A DNA stretch of 64,000 bases, from NCBI GenBank assembly GCA_963741955.1, contig CAVUKB010000005.1, forward strand, positions 1,344,001 through 1,408,000, read 5' to 3'. Positions 60,568 to 64,000 of the stretch are shown piece by piece. Source of the stretch: an uncultured Acidobacteriota bacterium. GTDB taxonomy: Bacteria; Acidobacteriota; Thermoanaerobaculia; Gp7-AA8. Made by a program: the position numbers and the translations under genes. The notes beneath the pieces are model-generated. The model had not been told where the DNA came from. It was given only the letters and a program-made list of their open reading frames with translations, and did not search any database. The first letter of the stretch is position 1. Each line of letters begins with the position of its first letter.

Positions 60568-62262
60568 ATGAAGAAAGCTCTCTTTTCTCTTCTCTTTCTC
60601 GCAACCGTCGCGCTCCCGCTGCCTCTCGCAGCCGCCGATCGGCCCGATCTCGTCGTGGTCATCTCCATCGATCAGTTTCGTTACGAGTACGTTCAACGCT
60701 TCGCGCCGTACTTCGGAAAGGATGGGTTCAACCGTTTTCTGATCCATGGCGCGACGTTCGAGAACGCTCGCTATCCGTACGCCATCACCTACACCGGCCC
60801 GGGACACGCTGCGATCGGCACGGGCCGCGATCCGGCGCACAGCGGCATCGTCTCCAACGACTGGTGGGACCGCCGCGAGGAACACAACGAATACTGCGTC
60901 GAAGACGACCGCACCGTACCGACCGCTCCCGGAGTCGAGCCGGTGTCCCCCCTCAATCTCGCGAGTGACTCCCTCGGCGATCGACTCGAGGAGCACGATC
61001 GCGGCGCGAAGGTCATCGGGATCTCGATCAAGGACCGCGCCGCGATTCTGATGGCGGGGCGCAAAGCCACCGCTGCCTACTGGTTCGATCCGAAGCTCCC
61101 GGGGTTCGTCTCCACGAACTACTACAAGTGGGATCCCGGCGTCCTCGCATTCAACGAGAAGGTGCCGGAGTTCGTCGCATCGCATTCCGTCTGGGACCTC
61201 TCCGGCCTCCTCACCACCGAACAACTCGACAAACTGACCTTCGATCCTCCGAACCTCCGCCAGTACAAGAGCGACAGAGCCGGACTCGGACGAAGCTTTC
61301 CCCATCCGATCGGGAGCGCCAACGCTCTCCTCTACACCCCGTTCGGAAACGATCTTCTTTTCGCCTTCGCGCGGCACGTGATCGACGCCGAACGCCTCGG
61401 CACGCACGACGACGAGCCGGACATCCTCTGGATCGGCCTCTCACCCCAGGACTATCTGGGGCATGCCTTCGGTCCCGACTCGATGGAAGTGGCCGACTCC
61501 GTAATGCGGATCGATGCATCGCTCGCGACGTTCCTCGACTGGCTCGACACGCGATTCCCGGGACGCGTCACGGTCGCTCTCACCGCAGACCACGGCGTGC
61601 AATCGATACCGGAAGTCGCGAAGGCCCGGGGGAAGGATGCCGGCCGCGTTTCGCTCCGCAACCCGGGGAAGAATGCAAAGACCTTTCGGGATCTCCCGCC
61701 GCTGCGCCACGACCTCGAAAGGCGGATCGCCGGTACGCTCCGGATCAAGGTCACCGACTCCACTCCTCTCTCTCAGGCCATCGTCCTCCGATTCGAGGAG
61801 CCTTCCATCTACATCAACTGGAAGCGCGTCGCGTCACTGCACTTCGACCCGGAGTACATCAGGAAGGTCGTCCGCAATGCGGTCCTCGAGATCAACGGCG
61901 TGTCCCACGCGTACACGGCGACGGAGCTGATGCTTCCCACACCGACGGACGATCCCATCCTCACTGCCGTTCGCCGCTCTTTCCGCGCCGACCGCTCGGG
62001 CGACGTTCTGATCACCCTGAAGGAGGGAACCATCTGGAGCTATGACCCTCCGACCGGAACCACACACGGGCAGCCGGTCGAAGCCGACCAGCACGTGCCT
62101 CTCATGTTCTGGGGTTTCGGAATCCGGGAGGGGGTGTACGACGACGCGGTCTCGCCGCTCGATCTCGCATCCACGCTCGGATCGATCCTGGGGGTGGAAG
62201 CGGGAACTCCGGGGGCGAAGCCGCTCCCCTGCGTGGAGAAGACGACCGGCGCCGTAAAGTGA
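60568..62262 (+). CDS. PafA-type alkaline phosphatase
   Basis: Signal peptide; ISIDQFR, TYTGPGHA, SIKDRAAIL, DYLGHAFGP, TADHG, GTTHG. Confidence 0.9.
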   Translation: MKKALFSLLFLATVALPLPLAAADRPDLVVVISIDQFRYEYVQRFAPYFGKDGFNRFLIHGATFENARYPYAITYTGPGHAAIGTGRDPAHSGIVSNDWWDRREEHNEYCVEDDRTVPTAPGVEPVSPLNLASDSLGDRLEEHDRGAKVIGISIKDRAAILMAGRKATAAYWFDPKLPGFVSTNYYKWDPGVLAFNEKVPEFVASHSVWDLSGLLTTEQLDKLTFDPPNLRQYKSDRAGLGRSFPHPIGSANALLYTPFGNDLLFAFARHVIDAERLGTHDDEPDILWIGLSPQDYLGHAFGPDSMEVADSVMRIDASLATFLDWLDTRFPGRVTVALTADHGVQSIPEVAKARGKDAGRVSLRNPGKNAKTFRDLPPLRHDLERRIAGTLRIKVTDSTPLSQAIVLRFEEPSIYINWKRVASLHFDPEYIRKVVRNAVLEINGVSHAYTATELMLPTPTDDPILTAVRRSFRADRSGDVLITLKEGTIWSYDPPTGTTHGQPVEADQHVPLMFWGFGIREGVYDDAVSPLDLASTLGSILGVEAGTPGAKPLPCVEKTTGAVK

Positions 62263-62358
62263 GGTGACGCGCGCGAGGGGTTCGGCTCCGCATCCGGAAT
62301 TCGCGGTGTGAATTCTCTTCGCCAGCGACAGAGCATCCGTCGAAGGCCACCTCTTCAT

Positions 62359-63723
62359 CTACTCCACGACGGCGGCGACCAGATCGTACGGAAACGTCTC
62401 GCTGATCTCGACGTTCACGATCGCAGGAAACTCTCCGACCAGTTCGATCCCGTCATTGATCAGAAGCCTTCCGTCGATCTCCGGAGCCTGGCTCACCAGG
62501 CGTCCCTCGAGGAGATGTTCCGTCTCTTCGCAGACCCCCGTCACGATCGCTTCGAAGCGCCGGCCCACCTTCGCCGAGTTCTTTCGCTCCGAGATTCCCT
62601 GCTGAAGTGCCATCAGTGCATTCATCCGCGCTTCGGCGACCGCGGCGGCCGGAATGTCCGCCATACGTGCAGCCGGCGTCGACTCCTCCTGCGAATACGG
62701 GAAGACACCGAAGTGATCGAACTCCGCCCACTGCACGAATTGAGCGAGCTCCTCGAATGCGTCGTCATTCTCACCGGGGTGTCCGGCGATGAAAGTCGTG
62801 CGCAGCGTGAGATCGGGAACGAGATCGCGCATCCGGCTGATCATCGCCCGGTACTCCGCCGGCGAACCGGGGCGCCTCATCGTCTTCAGCACTTCGGCCG
62901 AGACGTGCTGCAGAGGGATGTCGCAGTACGAAAGGAATCGCTTCTCGCGTCCCATCAGTTCGAACAGGGACCAGTCGAGACTTCCCGGGTAGGCGTAGAG
63001 AAAGCGGATCCACGGGAATGAAGTCTCTGCGAGGAGACGCTCGACGAGTCGCGTGAGACCGTTCGCCACGCCGAGGTCCTGTCCGTAACGCGTGGTGTCC
63101 TGAGCGACCAGGCAGAGCTCCTTCACTCCCTGGCTTTCCAGCTGCTTCGCTTCCCCGACCAGCGAGTCGATGGTCCGGCTCCGGAACTTTCCCCTCATCT
63201 GCGGAATCGCGCAGAAGGTGCAGGGATTCGAGCAACCTTCGGAGACCTTGAGGTATGCGTGCGAGCGCCCCGCAGTCAGCACGCGCGGCAGATCTTCGTA
63301 GAGTCGAACCGACATCTTCCGGCGCACCGGAGCGGAGTCGGTCGGCAGCGGAAGCCCGGTGACGGCAGGGGTGATCTGTTCGAGCGCGTCGAGGCCGACG
63401 AACGCGTCGATCTCGGGAATCGCTTCCTGGAGCTCGGTCCGGTACCGCTGCACCATGCACCCGCTCACGACCAGACGCTGCAGACCTCCGTTCTTCCTCT
63501 GCGCCATCTCGAGGATCGTGTCGATCGATTCCTTCTTCGCGGAATCGATGAATCCGCAGGTATTCACGATCACCACGTCGGCGTCTTCGAGATCATGTGT
63601 CAGCTCGACTTCCGATTCGCCGCTCAGCTGGCCGAGCATGATCTCTGCGTCGACGAGGTTCTTGGGGCAGCCTAGGGAGATCATCCCCACGCGCTTGACG
63701 TTCTTCTTCTGCCGCTGGCTCAT
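62359..63723 (-). CDS. rimO: Ribosomal protein S12 methylthiotransferase RimO
   Basis: SLGCPKNLVD, NTCGFI, GCSNPCTFC, YAYP, QAPEIDG. RBS GAGG before ATG 63723. Confidence 0.96.
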   Translation of the reverse strand: MSQRQKKNVKRVGMISLGCPKNLVDAEIMLGQLSGESEVELTHDLEDADVVIVNTCGFIDSAKKESIDTILEMAQRKNGGLQRLVVSGCMVQRYRTELQEAIPEIDAFVGLDALEQITPAVTGLPLPTDSAPVRRKMSVRLYEDLPRVLTAGRSHAYLKVSEGCSNPCTFCAIPQMRGKFRSRTIDSLVGEAKQLESQGVKELCLVAQDTTRYGQDLGVANGLTRLVERLLAETSFPWIRFLYAYPGSLDWSLFELMGREKRFLSYCDIPLQHVSAEVLKTMRRPGSPAEYRAMISRMRDLVPDLTLRTTFIAGHPGENDDAFEELAQFVQWAEFDHFGVFPYSQEESTPAARMADIPAAAVAEARMNALMALQQGISERKNSAKVGRRFEAIVTGVCEETEHLLEGRLVSQAPEIDGRLLINDGIELVGEFPAIVNVEISETFPYDLVAAVVE

Positions 63724-63919
63724 GTCCTCGCCCCTCAACACGACAGGCACGCCGCGGTATTCTCCGGCCGCATGATGCCGCCACGCAGACCCGATGCTGG
63801 TCCGGCCCGGGAACCGAAGGCGCGGGTTCACCCCGTGCGCTGCAGCGCAATCTCCGGCGGTGGTCCGGTTGCCGGCCCCGCGTTCAGCAGGGAGACCCGG
63901 GGGGCATTGAAACGAAGAA

Positions 63920-64000
63920 TTACGCGACGCCGTCCGTCCCCACCAGTCGAAGCGCGTCGATGCGCCAGAGCGCCGCAGCGGCGCCCTTCTCGGTGACCAC
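63920..64000 (-). CDS. Possible 3' end of a gene continuing beyond the window
   Basis: Open frame VVTEKGAAAALWRIDALRLVGTDGVA ending in TAA at 63920-63922; too short to identify. Confidence 0.3.
   Translation of the reverse strand: MVTEKGAAAALWRIDALRLVGTDGVA

Noticed and set aside
63724-63919. GC-rich ~195-nt intergenic region upstream of rimO as a possible ncRNA (6S-like)
   Set aside because: I could not establish a long closing stem or conserved motifs by eye; an Rfam/Infernal scan is needed.

Overview
GC-rich bacterial chromosomal window of about 55 genes. Gene content suggests Acidobacteriota, possibly Thermoanaerobaculia (inference). 1-16.3 kb (+): a minor-pilin operon (partial FimU/GspH-like, PilV-like, a giant 1030-aa PilW-like and a giant 854-aa PilX-like protein, no pilY1 after them), then a T2SS/T4P-hybrid operon (GspF/PilC, GspE/PilB, PilM/N/O-like, a TSP3-repeat PilP/GspC-like protein, a TPR-secretin with a cohesin-like tail, three pseudopilins). 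16.4-26.6 kb: M16 peptidase, L,D-transpeptidase, recN, MoeB/ThiF, tsaC, an AT-rich stretch with phased DnaA boxes and a consensus IHF site (candidate oriC), and cdd with an exported deaminase and an NPP-type lipoprotein. 26.6-55.5 kb (mostly -): NtrC regulator, MscS-cNMP, two thiE-like genes, FecR/DUF6600 protein, aroK, accBC, an MglC-like roadblock protein, a TPR protein, Ig/IPT lipoproteins, pilMNOPQ, rpmB, rel, a Btu/Fec-type ABC transporter and a pseudo-receiver/Ser-Thr kinase/TonB-C fusion. 55.8-64 kb: rho, an Oar-like TonB-dependent receptor, a PafA-type phosphatase and rimO. No rRNA, tRNA, CRISPR or mobile element was seen. All calls come from motif recognition by eye; several starts were moved from the ORF track using RBS and overlap logic.
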